Positions 36,989-46,771 of a stretch of DNA of 64,000 nt are shown here, piece after piece. The translations under genes and the position numbers were made by a program. Source of the DNA: Chloroflexota bacterium (GTDB lineage: Bacteria > Chloroflexota > Limnocylindria > Limnocylindrales > CSP1-4); contig JAJYJO010000001.1 in assembly GCA_021789435.1 (NCBI GenBank), positions 58,674 to 122,673 on the forward strand. Direction: 5' to 3'. Numbering within the stretch: position 1 is the first letter of the stretch; each line of letters begins with the position of its first letter. Under the pieces are notes generated by a model. It did no database searches. It worked only from the letters and a program-made list of their open reading frames with translations, and had not been told where the DNA came from.

Positions 36989-37480
36989 TCAGCCGGCCGC
37001 TCCGCCGCGGTCGCCCGACCGGGCGGCCTCGGCGGCCTCGGCCTCGATCTGCCCGATCTTGCCGACCCGCCGGAGATGGCGCGGCGCTCCGCTGAAGCGG
37101 GCGGCCAGGAAGGTGCGGCAGAGCTCGGCCGCCAGCTCGCTGCCGACGACCCGCGCGCCCAGGCAGAGGACGTTCAGGTCGTCGTGCTCCACGCCCTGGT
37201 GGGCGGAGTAGCTGTCGTGGCAGACGGAGGCGCGGATGCCGGGCATCTTGGAGGCGGCCACGGCCGCCCCGACGCCGCTGCCGCAGATCAGGATCCCCCG
37301 GTCGGCGCGACCGTCCCGGATGAAGCTGCCGATGATGCGGGCGTAGTCGGGGTAGTCGTCGCCGGGATCCGAACCGTCGCCGCCGAGGTCGACCAGCTCG
37401 TGGCCGTCCCCGCCGAGCAGCGTCAGCAGCTCCGCCTTGAGGGCGGCCCCGCCGTGATCGGCAGCCAGCGCGACGCGCAT
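36989..37480 (-). CDS. rpiB: Ribose-5-phosphate isomerase B
   Basis: MRVALAADHGG..LK..L...GHELVDLG....DYPDYA....ILICGSGVGAAVAASKMPGIRA matches the RpiB/LacAB family. Confidence 0.85.
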   Translation of the reverse strand: MRVALAADHGGAALKAELLTLLGGDGHELVDLGGDGSDPGDDYPDYARIIGSFIRDGRADRGILICGSGVGAAVAASKMPGIRASVCHDSYSAHQGVEHDDLNVLCLGARVVGSELAAELCRTFLAARFSGAPRHLRRVGKIGQIEAEAAEAARSGDRGGAAG

Positions 37481-37484
37481 CGTC

Positions 37485-39566
37485 TCAGTCGCCGCCGGCC
37501 ACCGGCAGGTGGCCCGGCTCCAGGGTGGGGACCCGGCCCCGCAGCCCCTCGCGGACGACGCTGCGGCCGACGGCGGCCACGCGCTCGGCGGTGAACCCGA
37601 AGCGGGCCAGGATCTCAGGTCCCGGCGCCGATGCGCCGAAGTGGTCGAGGCCGATGATCGCGCCCTCGTCGCCGACCCAGCGCTCCCAGCCGAGTGAGCT
37701 GCCGGTCTCGACGGCCACGCGCCGACGGACCACGGCCGGCAGCACCGCCTCGCGGTAGGCGTCATCCTGGCGCTCGAACAGCTCCCAGCACGGCAGGCTG
37801 ACGACCCGGGCCGTGATCCCCTCGGCCTCGAGGAGGTCGGCCGCGCCCATCGCCAGGTGCAGCTCGGAGCCGGTCGCCACCAGGATGAGCTGCGGGGCGG
37901 CTCCGGCGGCCTCGGCGGCGCCCTCGCGCAGCACGTAGCCGCCCCGCGCGACGCCCTCGCGCGCCCGCTCGGCCGTGCCCGGCAGTGTGGGCAGCTTCTG
38001 GCGCGTCAGCGAGAGGGCAACCGGCCCGCCCCGCCGGGCGACGGCTGTCGCCCAGGCGGCGCTCGTCTCGTTGGCGTCGCCCGGCCGGATGAACCAGAGG
38101 TTCGGCATCGCCCGCAGGGCCGCGTAGTGCTCCACGGGCTGGTGGGTCGGGCCGTCCTCGCCCAGGCCCACCGAATCGTGGGTCCAGACGTAGACGACGT
38201 GGAGGCCGGACATCGCGGCCAGGCGGACCGCTCCGCGCATGTAGTCGCTGAAGTTGAGAAACGTGGCGGCGTAGGGGATGAAGCCCCGGTGGTAGGCGAG
38301 GCCGTTGACGATGCCGCCCATGGCGTGCTCGCGGACGCCGAAGCGGAGATTCCGGCCCTCGGGCTGGTCCGGGCCGAAGGCTCCGCCGTCCTGGATGTCG
38401 GTCAGGTTGGATTCGGAGAGATCGGCCGCCCCGCCAAAGAGCTCCGCCAGCGGGCCCGCCAGGGCCTGGATCGCGGCCTGGCTCGCCTGGCGCGTCGCGA
38501 AGTCCTCGCCGGGGGCGTAGACACGCAGGCCGGCGTCCCAGCCGCCGGGCAGCCGGCCGGCCATTCGCCGCTCGAAGGCATCGGCCAGGTCGGGATGGTC
38601 CCGCCGGTACCGGGCAAGCCTCTCCTCCCAGGCGGCCACCAGCTCCTCGCCGCGCGGGACCGCCCGGCGCATCGTGGCGAGGACATCGTCCGGCACGAAG
38701 AAGTGGCGGTCCGGGTCCCAGCCGTAGGCCCCCTTGACCAGGCGGACCTCGGCCTCGCCCAGCGGCTGGCCGTGGGCCTTGCTCGTGTCCTGGCGGTGCG
38801 GCGAGCCGAAGCCGAGGTGGGTCCGGACGGCGATCAGGCTGGGCCGCGGGTCCTCGTGGGCGCGCCCGATCGCCGCGGCCAGCGCCTCGACGTCGTTGCC
38901 GTCCTCCACCCGGTCGGTCTGCCAGCCGTAGGCGTCGAACCGTTCGAGAACATCCTCGCTGAAGGCCCAGGCCGTCGGTCCGTCGAGCTGGACGTGGTTG
39001 TCGTCGTAGAGGTAGACGAGCTTGCCCAGGCGGAGGTGGCCGGCCAGCGAGGCGGCCTCCGCCGCGATCCCCTCCTGGATGTCGCCGTCCGAGACCAGGG
39101 CATAGGTCCGATGGTCCACGATCGCGTGGCCGGGCCGGTTGAACTCGGCCGCCAGTCGCCGCTCCGCGATGGCCATGCCGACGCCGTTGGTGAAGCCCTG
39201 GCCGAGTGGCCCGGTCGTCGCCTCGACGCCCGGCGTCATGCCGTACTCGGGGTGGCCGGGGGTGCGCGAGCCCCACTGGCGGAAGGCTTCGAGGTCGGCG
39301 AGCTCCAGGCCGTAGCCGGTCAGGAAGAGGAGCGCGTACCAGAGCATGCTGGCGTGGCCGGCCGAGAGCACGAAACGGTCGCGGTCGGGCCAATCGGGAC
39401 GTCGCGGGGCGTGGCGCAGGAACCGGGTCCAGAGGACGTAGGCAGCGGGCGCCGCGCCCATCGGTGCGCCGGGATGGCCCGAGTTCGCCTTCTGGACGGC
39501 GTCGATCGAGAGGGTCCGGAGGGTGTCGATGGAGAGCTGGTCCAGGTCCCGGGCCGCGATCGTCAT
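37485..39566 (-). CDS. tkt: Transketolase
   Basis: Starts at [37 protein letters not shown], with the TPP motif GDGDIQEG and the full-length Tkt pattern. Confidence 0.92.
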   Translation of the reverse strand: MTIAARDLDQLSIDTLRTLSIDAVQKANSGHPGAPMGAAPAAYVLWTRFLRHAPRRPDWPDRDRFVLSAGHASMLWYALLFLTGYGLELADLEAFRQWGSRTPGHPEYGMTPGVEATTGPLGQGFTNGVGMAIAERRLAAEFNRPGHAIVDHRTYALVSDGDIQEGIAAEAASLAGHLRLGKLVYLYDDNHVQLDGPTAWAFSEDVLERFDAYGWQTDRVEDGNDVEALAAAIGRAHEDPRPSLIAVRTHLGFGSPHRQDTSKAHGQPLGEAEVRLVKGAYGWDPDRHFFVPDDVLATMRRAVPRGEELVAAWEERLARYRRDHPDLADAFERRMAGRLPGGWDAGLRVYAPGEDFATRQASQAAIQALAGPLAELFGGAADLSESNLTDIQDGGAFGPDQPEGRNLRFGVREHAMGGIVNGLAYHRGFIPYAATFLNFSDYMRGAVRLAAMSGLHVVYVWTHDSVGLGEDGPTHQPVEHYAALRAMPNLWFIRPGDANETSAAWATAVARRGGPVALSLTRQKLPTLPGTAERAREGVARGGYVLREGAAEAAGAAPQLILVATGSELHLAMGAADLLEAEGITARVVSLPCWELFERQDDAYREAVLPAVVRRRVAVETGSSLGWERWVGDEGAIIGLDHFGASAPGPEILARFGFTAERVAAVGRSVVREGLRGRVPTLEPGHLPVAGGD

Positions 39567-40188
39567 GCCGTGTCGACTCCCCACTGCATCCGCTTCCCGG
39601 ATCGGTGCGGGCGCGGGCGCCGTTCGCCGACCCGATCTGTCGCCGCGGCGGGCGGCCGCGGGCGTCGATGGCGGGCCGGTCGGACCGGAGAGCGGCTCGA
39701 CCCGTTCGGGGCAGTTCGGGGAGCCCACCCGACGTCGCCGCCCATTCTACGGCGGATGGGGCAGCGGCCCCGAGCCGGGTGGAGCAGGACCGGCTTGAGC
39801 TCAACGAGGAGGAGCGAGCGCGTCGCGCCGTGCCAGGCGAGGCGGTCGATGATGCCCCGTTCGAAAGGCAATGCGTACGAGACCTCGGCGCGGGAGACCC
39901 AGCCCGGAAACCTGGCGAACAGGCCTGCCACCACCTCGTGCATCGCCTTGCGTCGCGCGTTCAACAGCCGCCCGAGGTCGCCGCCGCGCCACGGCGGCCG
40001 GACGTCGAGCCGCATATCGAGGGTGGCCAGCACCCGTCGCGTAGTGACAAGCGGGAGCGTCTCCAGTGACCCCGCTCGACGCGCGACACGGTTGCGCGCG
40101 ACACTCTGGCGGCCGCCGCAACGTCCTCCTGGCGCCAGCCCCGCCTGAGCCGGACGGAGCGCACGGCCGACCCCAGCCGTTGATCCAT
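39563..40188 (-). pseudogene. XRE-family HTH protein with a C-terminal domain of unknown function, apparently frameshifted (near 40065)
   Basis: HTH in one frame: MDQRLGSAVRSVRLRRGWRQEDVAAAARVSRATVSRVERGH. The plausible continuation is in a second frame: LETLPLVTTRRVLATLDMRLDV...GIIDRLAWHGATRSLLLVELKPVLLH. Confidence 0.4.
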
Positions 40189-40409
40189 CTCTCCAGCCTG
40201 CATTCCGGGCCTCACGTGCGACTTGCCACGAGCCCACCGGCCCGTCGACCCGAGCTTACGCGGGCTCGCCGCGCTCTTGCCCGGTCGCGCCACGACGGCG
40301 CCCGAGCGCCGACGGCCGATGCCCGGTGCCGGCCGGTCGCGGCGGCCGGTATGCTCAACCCGTGACCAGCCGAGTCCTCCCCAGCGCCGGCCGCCCCGGG
40401 GTCCTGGCC

Positions 40410-41342
40410 ATGCCTCCGCCCCACGTCGGACCGCACGCCGTCGTGCTGGGCGACCTGGCGATCGACGTGGTCGTCGTCCCTGCCCGGCCCCTGGAGCGCG
40501 GAACGGACGTGCCCGGCCGGGTCGGTTTCCGGCAGGGCGGCTCGGCGGCCACCACGGCCCGCTGGCTGGCGCGCCTCGGCGCCCGAACCACGCTCATCTG
40601 TGCGGTGGGCCGCGACGCCCCTGGCCGGGCCCTCGTCGCGCTCCTGCGGGACGAGGGCCTGACCGTGCACGCGGTGCGCGTCGCCGCCGCCAGGACCGGC
40701 CGGATCGCCGTGCTCGTGGACGCCGAAGGGGAGCGCTCGTTCGTCGCCGACCGGGCTGCCGCGGATGCCCTGTCCCCCGAGCATCTCCGGGCGAGCTGGC
40801 TGGTCGGCGCGGAGCTGCTCCACCTGCCGGCCTACTCGCTGTTGGGGGAGCCGCTCGGCCAGGCCGGCCTCGAGGCGGCTCGCCTGGCCCGGGCGGCCGG
40901 CGCGCTGGTGAGCCTCGATCTCGCGTCGGCCGGGCCCCTGCTGGAGCAGGGTCGCGATGCGGCCCGGGCCGCCATCCGGGCGGTGGGTCCGGCCGTCCTC
41001 TTCGCAACCGCCACGGAGGCGGAGGCGCTCCTCGACGCCCGGCCGCTCGACGAGCTGCTCGGCCTGGCCCCCGTGGCGGTCGTCAAGCGCGGGGCGAAGG
41101 GCGCCACGGTCCTTGCCCGGGAGGGTCGGGGCCGGCTCCGGTTCGAGGTCGCCACCCGGCCGGTCGAGTCGCCCGACTCGATCGGGGCCGGTGACGCCTT
41201 CGACGCCGGGTTCCTGGTCGCCTGGCTCGCCGAGCGACGCGCGGGGACGTCTGCCGCGCGCGGCCTCCAGCGGTCGGCCCTGGCGGGCCACCGCGCCGCC
41301 GCCCGGCACCTGGCCGCGCCGCGCGCCGAGATGGCCTTCTAG
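40410..41342 (+). CDS. psuK: PfkB-family carbohydrate kinase, probable pseudouridine kinase
   Basis: Ribokinase-fold motifs (VVLGDLAIDVV..., GGSAATTARWLARLG, C-terminal GAGDAFDAGFL). Context with the downstream psuG. Start uncertain (maximal ORF from 40326). Confidence 0.7.
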   Translation: MPPPHVGPHAVVLGDLAIDVVVVPARPLERGTDVPGRVGFRQGGSAATTARWLARLGARTTLICAVGRDAPGRALVALLRDEGLTVHAVRVAAARTGRIAVLVDAEGERSFVADRAAADALSPEHLRASWLVGAELLHLPAYSLLGEPLGQAGLEAARLARAAGALVSLDLASAGPLLEQGRDAARAAIRAVGPAVLFATATEAEALLDARPLDELLGLAPVAVVKRGAKGATVLAREGRGRLRFEVATRPVESPDSIGAGDAFDAGFLVAWLAERRAGTSAARGLQRSALAGHRAAARHLAAPRAEMAF

Positions 41343-41428
41343 GTCGGACCCGGAGTGGCCGCGGGCCGTCCCGCCCGCGATGGCGGAACCTGCGGCCACC
41401 GGGGGCGGCAACCGCTAGTCTGGACGGC

Positions 41429-42400
41429 ATGCCGACTCCCGCTGCGACCCCGTCCGCCCTCCCGTCCCGTCTCTCGCTGGCCGATCGCCTCCTGGTCGCC
41501 CCGGAGGTGGGCGCGGCGCTGGCCGCCCGGCAACCCGTCGTCGCCCTCGAGTCGACCCTCATCAGCCACGGCCTGCCCTACCCCCAGAACGTGGAGGTGG
41601 CGCTCGCCTCCGAGGCCGCCGTCCGCGAGAGCGGAGCGGTCCCGGCCACGGTCGCCATCCACGGGGGCCGCCTGCTGGTCGGCCTCGACCGCGCCGCCCT
41701 GGAGACGCTGGCGACGACGCCGGGCGTCGCCAAGGCTGCCCGGCCATCGCTCGCCGCCGCCCTGGCCGACGGCGGCTGGGCCGCCACGACGGTCTCCGCC
41801 ACGATGATCGCGGCCGGCGCCGCCGGGATCAGCGTCTTCGCCACCGGCGGGATCGGCGGCGTCCACCGGGGCGCGGTCGGCGGCGGGACCGGCCCGACGC
41901 TCGACATCTCATCGGACCTCGAGGAGCTGGCCCGCACGCCGCTGGCGGTCGTCTGTGCCGGCCCCAAGGCGATCCTGGACCTGCCGCTGACGCTCGAGTA
42001 CCTCGAGACCCGGGGCGTGCCGGTGGTGGCCGTCGGCACGACCGAGATGCCCGGCTTCTACTCGCGGCGGAGCGGCGTGCCCGCGCCCCTCAGCGCGCCG
42101 GACGAGCCGGCCGCGGCCCGGCTGGTGGGCACGCACCTGGCCCTCGGGCTCGGGTCCGGCGCCCTCGTCTGCGTCCCGGTGCCGGCCGCGGACGAACTGC
42201 CGCTGGAGGTCGCCCGCCCCGCCGTGGAGCGGGCCATCGCCGACGCCGGAGCGGCCCGGGTCGAGGGCCCGGCCCTCACGCCATGGCTGCTGGCCCGGGT
42301 CGCCGAGCTGACCGGTGGCGCGTCGGTCCGGGCGAACACGGCCCTGATCGTGAACGACGCCCGCGTCGCCGGCCGCCTGGCGGCCGCCCTGGCTCGCTGA
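41429..42400 (+). CDS. psuG: Pseudouridine-5'-phosphate glycosidase
   Basis: ALESTLISHGLPYPQN...ATVAIHGG...ATMIAAGAAGISVFATGGIGGVHRGA...VVCAGPKAILD matches the IndA/PsuG/YeiN family. Confidence 0.85.
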   Translation: MPTPAATPSALPSRLSLADRLLVAPEVGAALAARQPVVALESTLISHGLPYPQNVEVALASEAAVRESGAVPATVAIHGGRLLVGLDRAALETLATTPGVAKAARPSLAAALADGGWAATTVSATMIAAGAAGISVFATGGIGGVHRGAVGGGTGPTLDISSDLEELARTPLAVVCAGPKAILDLPLTLEYLETRGVPVVAVGTTEMPGFYSRRSGVPAPLSAPDEPAAARLVGTHLALGLGSGALVCVPVPAADELPLEVARPAVERAIADAGAARVEGPALTPWLLARVAELTGGASVRANTALIVNDARVAGRLAAALAR

Positions 42401-42463
42401 GGGCGACCGGCAGGTTCCGGCCCCCGCGAACCCTCGACCCGCCGACCCGCCGGAGCGCCCCCG

Positions 42464-43819
42464 TCAGATCGCGAACGGCGCGAAGCCGTCCGCCGTGAGG
42501 GCCCACGGCCGGATCGCCTCCCAGGCCGCGCCGAGGCCCAGGACCAGGTCCTCCCGGTAGCGCGGGCCGGTCAGCTGGAGCCCGAACGGGACGCCGTTGG
42601 CGTGGCGGCCGGCGGGGACCGAGAGGGCGGGGTGGCCCGCCAGGTTCTGGGGACCCGTGTTGAGGACGTCGAGCGGCAGGCCGGGACCCTCCGCTTCGCG
42701 ACCCGGGACCACGCCCCACGGCGACCAGCCCGGCACGGTCAGGGTCGGCGTGACCAGGATCGCGTCCGCGCCGAGCAGGCTGTCCAGGTCGCGGGTGTAG
42801 CCGAGACGCCGGCGGCGGGCGGCGAGATAGGCGTCGATCGGGATCGCCAGGGCGAGCTCCATCCAGCGGCCGAAGCCCGGCTCGAGGCGCTCCTCCGCCA
42901 GGGCCGCCTCCACGGTCGGGCGGCCGAGCTCGCCGAGCGATTCGGCGGCGGCGATCGTGAACCAGTCCGCGTCGGCGTCCCCGGCCCGCAGGATGGCGTC
43001 GGGTTCCGCCGTCTCGATCGGCAGGCCGAGGTCGCCCCCGAGGCGGTCGAGCGCCGCCCGGAAGAGGGCGGCGCTGCCGGGGTCGAGCGGCGGGCCCGCC
43101 ACCAGGCGCTCGGCCGCGATCAACCGCCGTGGCAGCGCCCCCGGGCCGAGCCGCCAGCCGACCTGGGCCGTCGGGTCCCCGGCAACCGGGCCGGCCTCGA
43201 GCGCCAGGAGGAGGCGCAGGTCCGCGATGGTGGATGCCAGCGGGCCGTCGGTGGACAGGTCGATCCAGGACGGCACGGGATCCCGGCCGATCACGCCGTT
43301 GGTCGGCTTGAGGCCGGCCAGGCCGCAGGCGGCCGCGGGGATCCGGATCGATCCGCCGCCGTCGGTCGCGGTCGCCAGCGGCGCCAGGCCGGCCGCGAGC
43401 GCCGCCCCCGAGCCGCCGGAGGAGCCGCCCGGCGACCAGTCCGGCGCCCAGGGGTTGAGCGTGGCGCCGAAGAGGCGGTTGGCCGTGTAGCCCTCGAAGG
43501 CGAACTCCGGCGTGTTGGTCTTGCCGACGACGATCGCGCCGGCCGCCCGAAGGCGGCGGGGCACCAGGCCGTCGCGGCGTGCGGGAGGGGCGGCCGACCG
43601 CAGCAGGGAGCCGCGGGTCGTCGGCAGCCCGGCCACGTCCTCGATCTCCTTGACCAGGAGCGGCAGGCCGCCCAGCGGCCCCGGCACGTGGCCGGCCCGG
43701 GCCAGATCGGAGTCGAGCGCGCGTGCCTCCGCCAGCGCCTCGTCCGGCCGCAGGCGGACGACCGCGTTCAGCTGCGCCGCCGCCTCGATGCGCTGGAGCG
43801 ATCGCTCCACGAGCTCCAC
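42464..43819 (-). CDS. Amidase-signature family amidase
   Basis: GKTNTPEFAFEGYTANRLFGATLNPW...GGSSGGSGAALAAG...DGGGSIRIPAA is the AS motif with the Ser-cisSer-Lys triad region. The GTG start is as called. The conserved N-terminus continues in frame upstream without a canonical start. Confidence 0.8.
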   Translation of the reverse strand: MELVERSLQRIEAAAQLNAVVRLRPDEALAEARALDSDLARAGHVPGPLGGLPLLVKEIEDVAGLPTTRGSLLRSAAPPARRDGLVPRRLRAAGAIVVGKTNTPEFAFEGYTANRLFGATLNPWAPDWSPGGSSGGSGAALAAGLAPLATATDGGGSIRIPAAACGLAGLKPTNGVIGRDPVPSWIDLSTDGPLASTIADLRLLLALEAGPVAGDPTAQVGWRLGPGALPRRLIAAERLVAGPPLDPGSAALFRAALDRLGGDLGLPIETAEPDAILRAGDADADWFTIAAAESLGELGRPTVEAALAEERLEPGFGRWMELALAIPIDAYLAARRRRLGYTRDLDSLLGADAILVTPTLTVPGWSPWGVVPGREAEGPGLPLDVLNTGPQNLAGHPALSVPAGRHANGVPFGLQLTGPRYREDLVLGLGAAWEAIRPWALTADGFAPFAI

Positions 43820-43922
43820 CGCGGAGACGCGGCCATGCCGGACCTCGCGGGCCAGGGGCTCCAGCAGGCCGGGCCGCGAGGGGTCGGCGAGCCGCGCACC
43901 GGAGGCATCGCCGGGCCGCCGG

Positions 43923-44765
43923 TCAGCGGCCGTGGCCGACCTCCTCCGGCTCCTCGAACCACTGCTTGCGGTCGCCGATCTGGGCCCGGAGACGCCACTT
44001 CGTGGACTTGGGCGCGGCGTCGACCGCCGCGCGCAGAGCCTCGATCTGTGCCTCGGGATCGAGCGGTGCCGGGTCCAGGAACTCCAGCTCGCCAGGCTGG
44101 ACCTCGGTGTGGAGGAAGAGGCGCATCTTCTCCAGATTGCCGGTCAGCGTGCGCCACCAGCCCCAGTCGGCCGACGTCAGGGCGACGATCCGGGGAACGT
44201 TGATCGCGGCCCGGTCGTGGTCGGCCAGCGGGTACGACGAGAGGAGCGCCAGGCCGTCCAGGACGTCCTTGCGGTTGATCCGGGCGATCTGGAGCTTGGT
44301 GAGGAGCATCTCGGCGAGCGGGACGGTCGGTGCGTCGAGCTGGAGCCGGTCGGCGAACTCGAAGCGGTGGGACATCTCCATCCGGTCGATCAGGACGTCG
44401 ATCGGCCGGCCCCGCTCCGGGTCCATGAAGTAGAGCTGCTTGTGGCCGTACAGGGCGTTGTAGGTCTTGTCGCCCGCGTAGCCCTCCGCGGTGAGCAGCT
44501 CCGCCAGGCCCTTGCGGTCGCGGTTCCGGGTCGCCAAGTCGATGTCGCGCCGCTCGCGCTCGATCCGCGCCGTCCAGGTCGGGACGCGGGCGTGGAAGGC
44601 GAGGCCTCCCATCAGGCGCACCACCAGGCCCCGAGCGGAGGCCAGCTCGATCAGCCGCAGGGCCTCCGCAAGCGGGTCGCGGAGCGTCCGGGGCAAGCCC
44701 GCGGCGGGCCCTGGATCGGGAGGCGCAACGGTGCGGGATTCGTCGGCCGGGGGACGCGCTGTCAC
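43923..44765 (-). CDS. Nucleotidyltransferase-fold hypothetical protein
   Basis: LVVRLMGGLAFHARVPTWTARIERERRDIDL fits the hG[GS]x(9-13)DhD Pol-beta NTase motif. The GTG at 44765 lies about 10 nt downstream of a TATACT element, a possible leaderless start. The maximal ORF (to 45017) would overlap the divergent permease start. Confidence 0.45.
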   Translation of the reverse strand: MTARPPADESRTVAPPDPGPAAGLPRTLRDPLAEALRLIELASARGLVVRLMGGLAFHARVPTWTARIERERRDIDLATRNRDRKGLAELLTAEGYAGDKTYNALYGHKQLYFMDPERGRPIDVLIDRMEMSHRFEFADRLQLDAPTVPLAEMLLTKLQIARINRKDVLDGLALLSSYPLADHDRAAINVPRIVALTSADWGWWRTLTGNLEKMRLFLHTEVQPGELEFLDPAPLDPEAQIEALRAAVDAAPKSTKWRLRAQIGDRKQWFEEPEEVGHGR

Positions 44766-44775
44766 GGTGGGCGCC

Positions 44776-44783
44776 AGTATACT
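44776..44783. promoter_or_regulatory. AT-rich palindrome AGTATACT (-10-like on both strands) in the divergent promoter region
   Basis: Seen directly; it stands out in a sequence that is roughly 72% GC. Confidence 0.35.
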
Positions 44784-44907
44784 GGCGCGACCTTCGGATT
44801 CCGAAGGCGGTACCGGCAGGTGAGCAGGAGGGCTGCCGGTGACACGGCGGTCCCGGCGGCAGCCCGAGGGGCCGCCGCCGCGGCCCAGAGAGGAGGGCCA
44901 GCGTCCC

Positions 44908-46629
44908 ATGTCCGCGCCCGCCACGGGAGGCCGAACGCTCTTCACGCGCCAGTCGTCCGGCCTGGTCCGCGAAGTCAGCGTCGTCAACGCGCTCTTCTTC
45001 AACACCGCCGCCTTCATCGGCGTCGGCCTGGGGTGGTACCCCGTCTTCTACGCCCTGCCGGGCATCGCGGTCGGGACGCTGGGGGCGTTCACGACCTACG
45101 GCGTGGCGGCCATCCTGGTCGGGGTCTTCTGCGTGGTCCTGGCCCTGATCTTCGCCTCGCTCACCTCGGTCATGCCACGGTCCGGCGGCGACTACGTCTT
45201 CACCAGCCGGATCATCCCCCGCGCCGGCCCGTTCCTCGGCTGGCTGGAGAGCTGGACGCTGGCCTTCGCCTCGCTCGGCATCATCGCCTTCGAGGTGCCG
45301 ATCGTCGTCCGCAACCTCCAGATCACCGGCCGGATCATCGGCATCGGCACCGGCAGCAGCTTCTTCAGCGGCGCCAACAGCTGGTTCACCGATTCGACCG
45401 GCGCGGTGACCGGCGTACCCGGCTTCATCGCCGCCCTGATCGTCCTGGCCCTGGTGGCCGTCGTGGTCTTCCAGCCCACACGGCGCTTCCACCGGATCAT
45501 CACGACGCTGGCGATCCTGAGCCTGATCGCCGGCGTCCTGATGTTCGTCCTCGGCCTCACCGCCATCGATCCGGCGACCTTCGCCGCCAACCTGCCGAAC
45601 TACACCGGCGGGGTCACTGTCGACCAGCTGGCGGCCGCCGCGGACAAGGCCAGCCTGCTCTCGCACGGCGGAGTCGACTTCTCGCCGACGGTCTTCATGC
45701 TGATGGCGTCGGTGCTGCTCTTCCAGTACATCGGCTTCCAGTACTCGGCTTATATCGCCGGCGAGGTCCGGGGCAACGTGCGGCGGACGGTCCTGATCGC
45801 CCTGCTCGGCGCGCTCGTGATCGGCGTCCTGATGAACTCCGTCTACACCGACTTCATCGCCGGCCGGCTGGGCATCGACGGCCAGGTCGGCTGGGGCGGG
45901 GCCTTCTGGGGTTACATCTCCAACCCGGCCCTGCCGATGGGCCAGCCCGCCTCGATGCCGCTGATGGGGGCGGTCGCCAACCCGGGGCTCTGGCCGTTCT
46001 GGACGATCATCAGCCTGGCGGTGACGCTCTTCCCGTTCCTGCTCTGCCCGGTCTACATCGTCTTCCTGAGCCGCGTCCAGCTGGCCTGGAGCCTGGACCG
46101 CCAGGTACCGGCCTGGTTCGGCGAGGTCTCCGAGCGGCTCCGGGCCCCGGCCAACGCCATCTTCGCCTCGCTGGTGGTGGCGGTCCTCTTCGCCCTGCTC
46201 CAGAACTTCCCGATCCTGGGCCCCCTCGCCGCGTCGAGCGACGGCAAGCTGAACCTGATCTCCACGGCCTGGTTCAGCATCTTCGCCTCCGGGCTCACCT
46301 GGGTCATGCCCGGGTTCAACGCCCTGCTGGCGCGGCGGACCCGGCCCGACCTGGTGCGGGACGCCCCGTGGGGCTCGGCGCTGCCGATCCTCGGCCTGAT
46401 CTGGCTCGTCTTCGCCTTCGTGCTCTACTGGTTCGCGGGGATCATCCCCATCTGGAACACGCTCACCTCGCCCGGCGCCACGCCGTTCTCCTACCTCAAC
46501 TCGAGCGGCGTCTCGTTCGTCGTCTTCCTGCTGGTGGTGGGTGCCGTGATCTACGTGGTCCAGGCGGCCCGCAACCGGGCGGCCGGCATCGAGACCGGCC
46601 TGATGTACCAGGAGATCCCGCCGGACTGA
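44908..46629 (+). CDS. APC-superfamily amino-acid/polyamine permease
   Basis: 573 aa with about 12-13 TM helices and APC-type N-terminal segments. ATG with GAGGAGGG upstream (the maximal ORF starts at 44839). Confidence 0.8.
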   Translation: MSAPATGGRTLFTRQSSGLVREVSVVNALFFNTAAFIGVGLGWYPVFYALPGIAVGTLGAFTTYGVAAILVGVFCVVLALIFASLTSVMPRSGGDYVFTSRIIPRAGPFLGWLESWTLAFASLGIIAFEVPIVVRNLQITGRIIGIGTGSSFFSGANSWFTDSTGAVTGVPGFIAALIVLALVAVVVFQPTRRFHRIITTLAILSLIAGVLMFVLGLTAIDPATFAANLPNYTGGVTVDQLAAAADKASLLSHGGVDFSPTVFMLMASVLLFQYIGFQYSAYIAGEVRGNVRRTVLIALLGALVIGVLMNSVYTDFIAGRLGIDGQVGWGGAFWGYISNPALPMGQPASMPLMGAVANPGLWPFWTIISLAVTLFPFLLCPVYIVFLSRVQLAWSLDRQVPAWFGEVSERLRAPANAIFASLVVAVLFALLQNFPILGPLAASSDGKLNLISTAWFSIFASGLTWVMPGFNALLARRTRPDLVRDAPWGSALPILGLIWLVFAFVLYWFAGIIPIWNTLTSPGATPFSYLNSSGVSFVVFLLVVGAVIYVVQAARNRAAGIETGLMYQEIPPD

Positions 46630-46648
46630 CCCCTCGGCCCGGCCCGGC

Positions 46649-46682
46649 GACGGCGAGGGACGCTCCGGCGGCCCTCGCCGTC
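46649..46682. terminator. GC-rich hairpin (11-bp stem GACGGCGAGGG / CCCTCGCCGTC, 12-nt loop) after the permease
   Basis: Seen directly. Confidence 0.45.
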
Positions 46683-46771
46683 GCGACATTCGCCGCCCCT
46701 TCCGCCGCTCCGCGGCACCTCGATCCCCGCGCCGAAAGACCGCCGAACCGTCCCCGCTCGAGGCACCCGCC

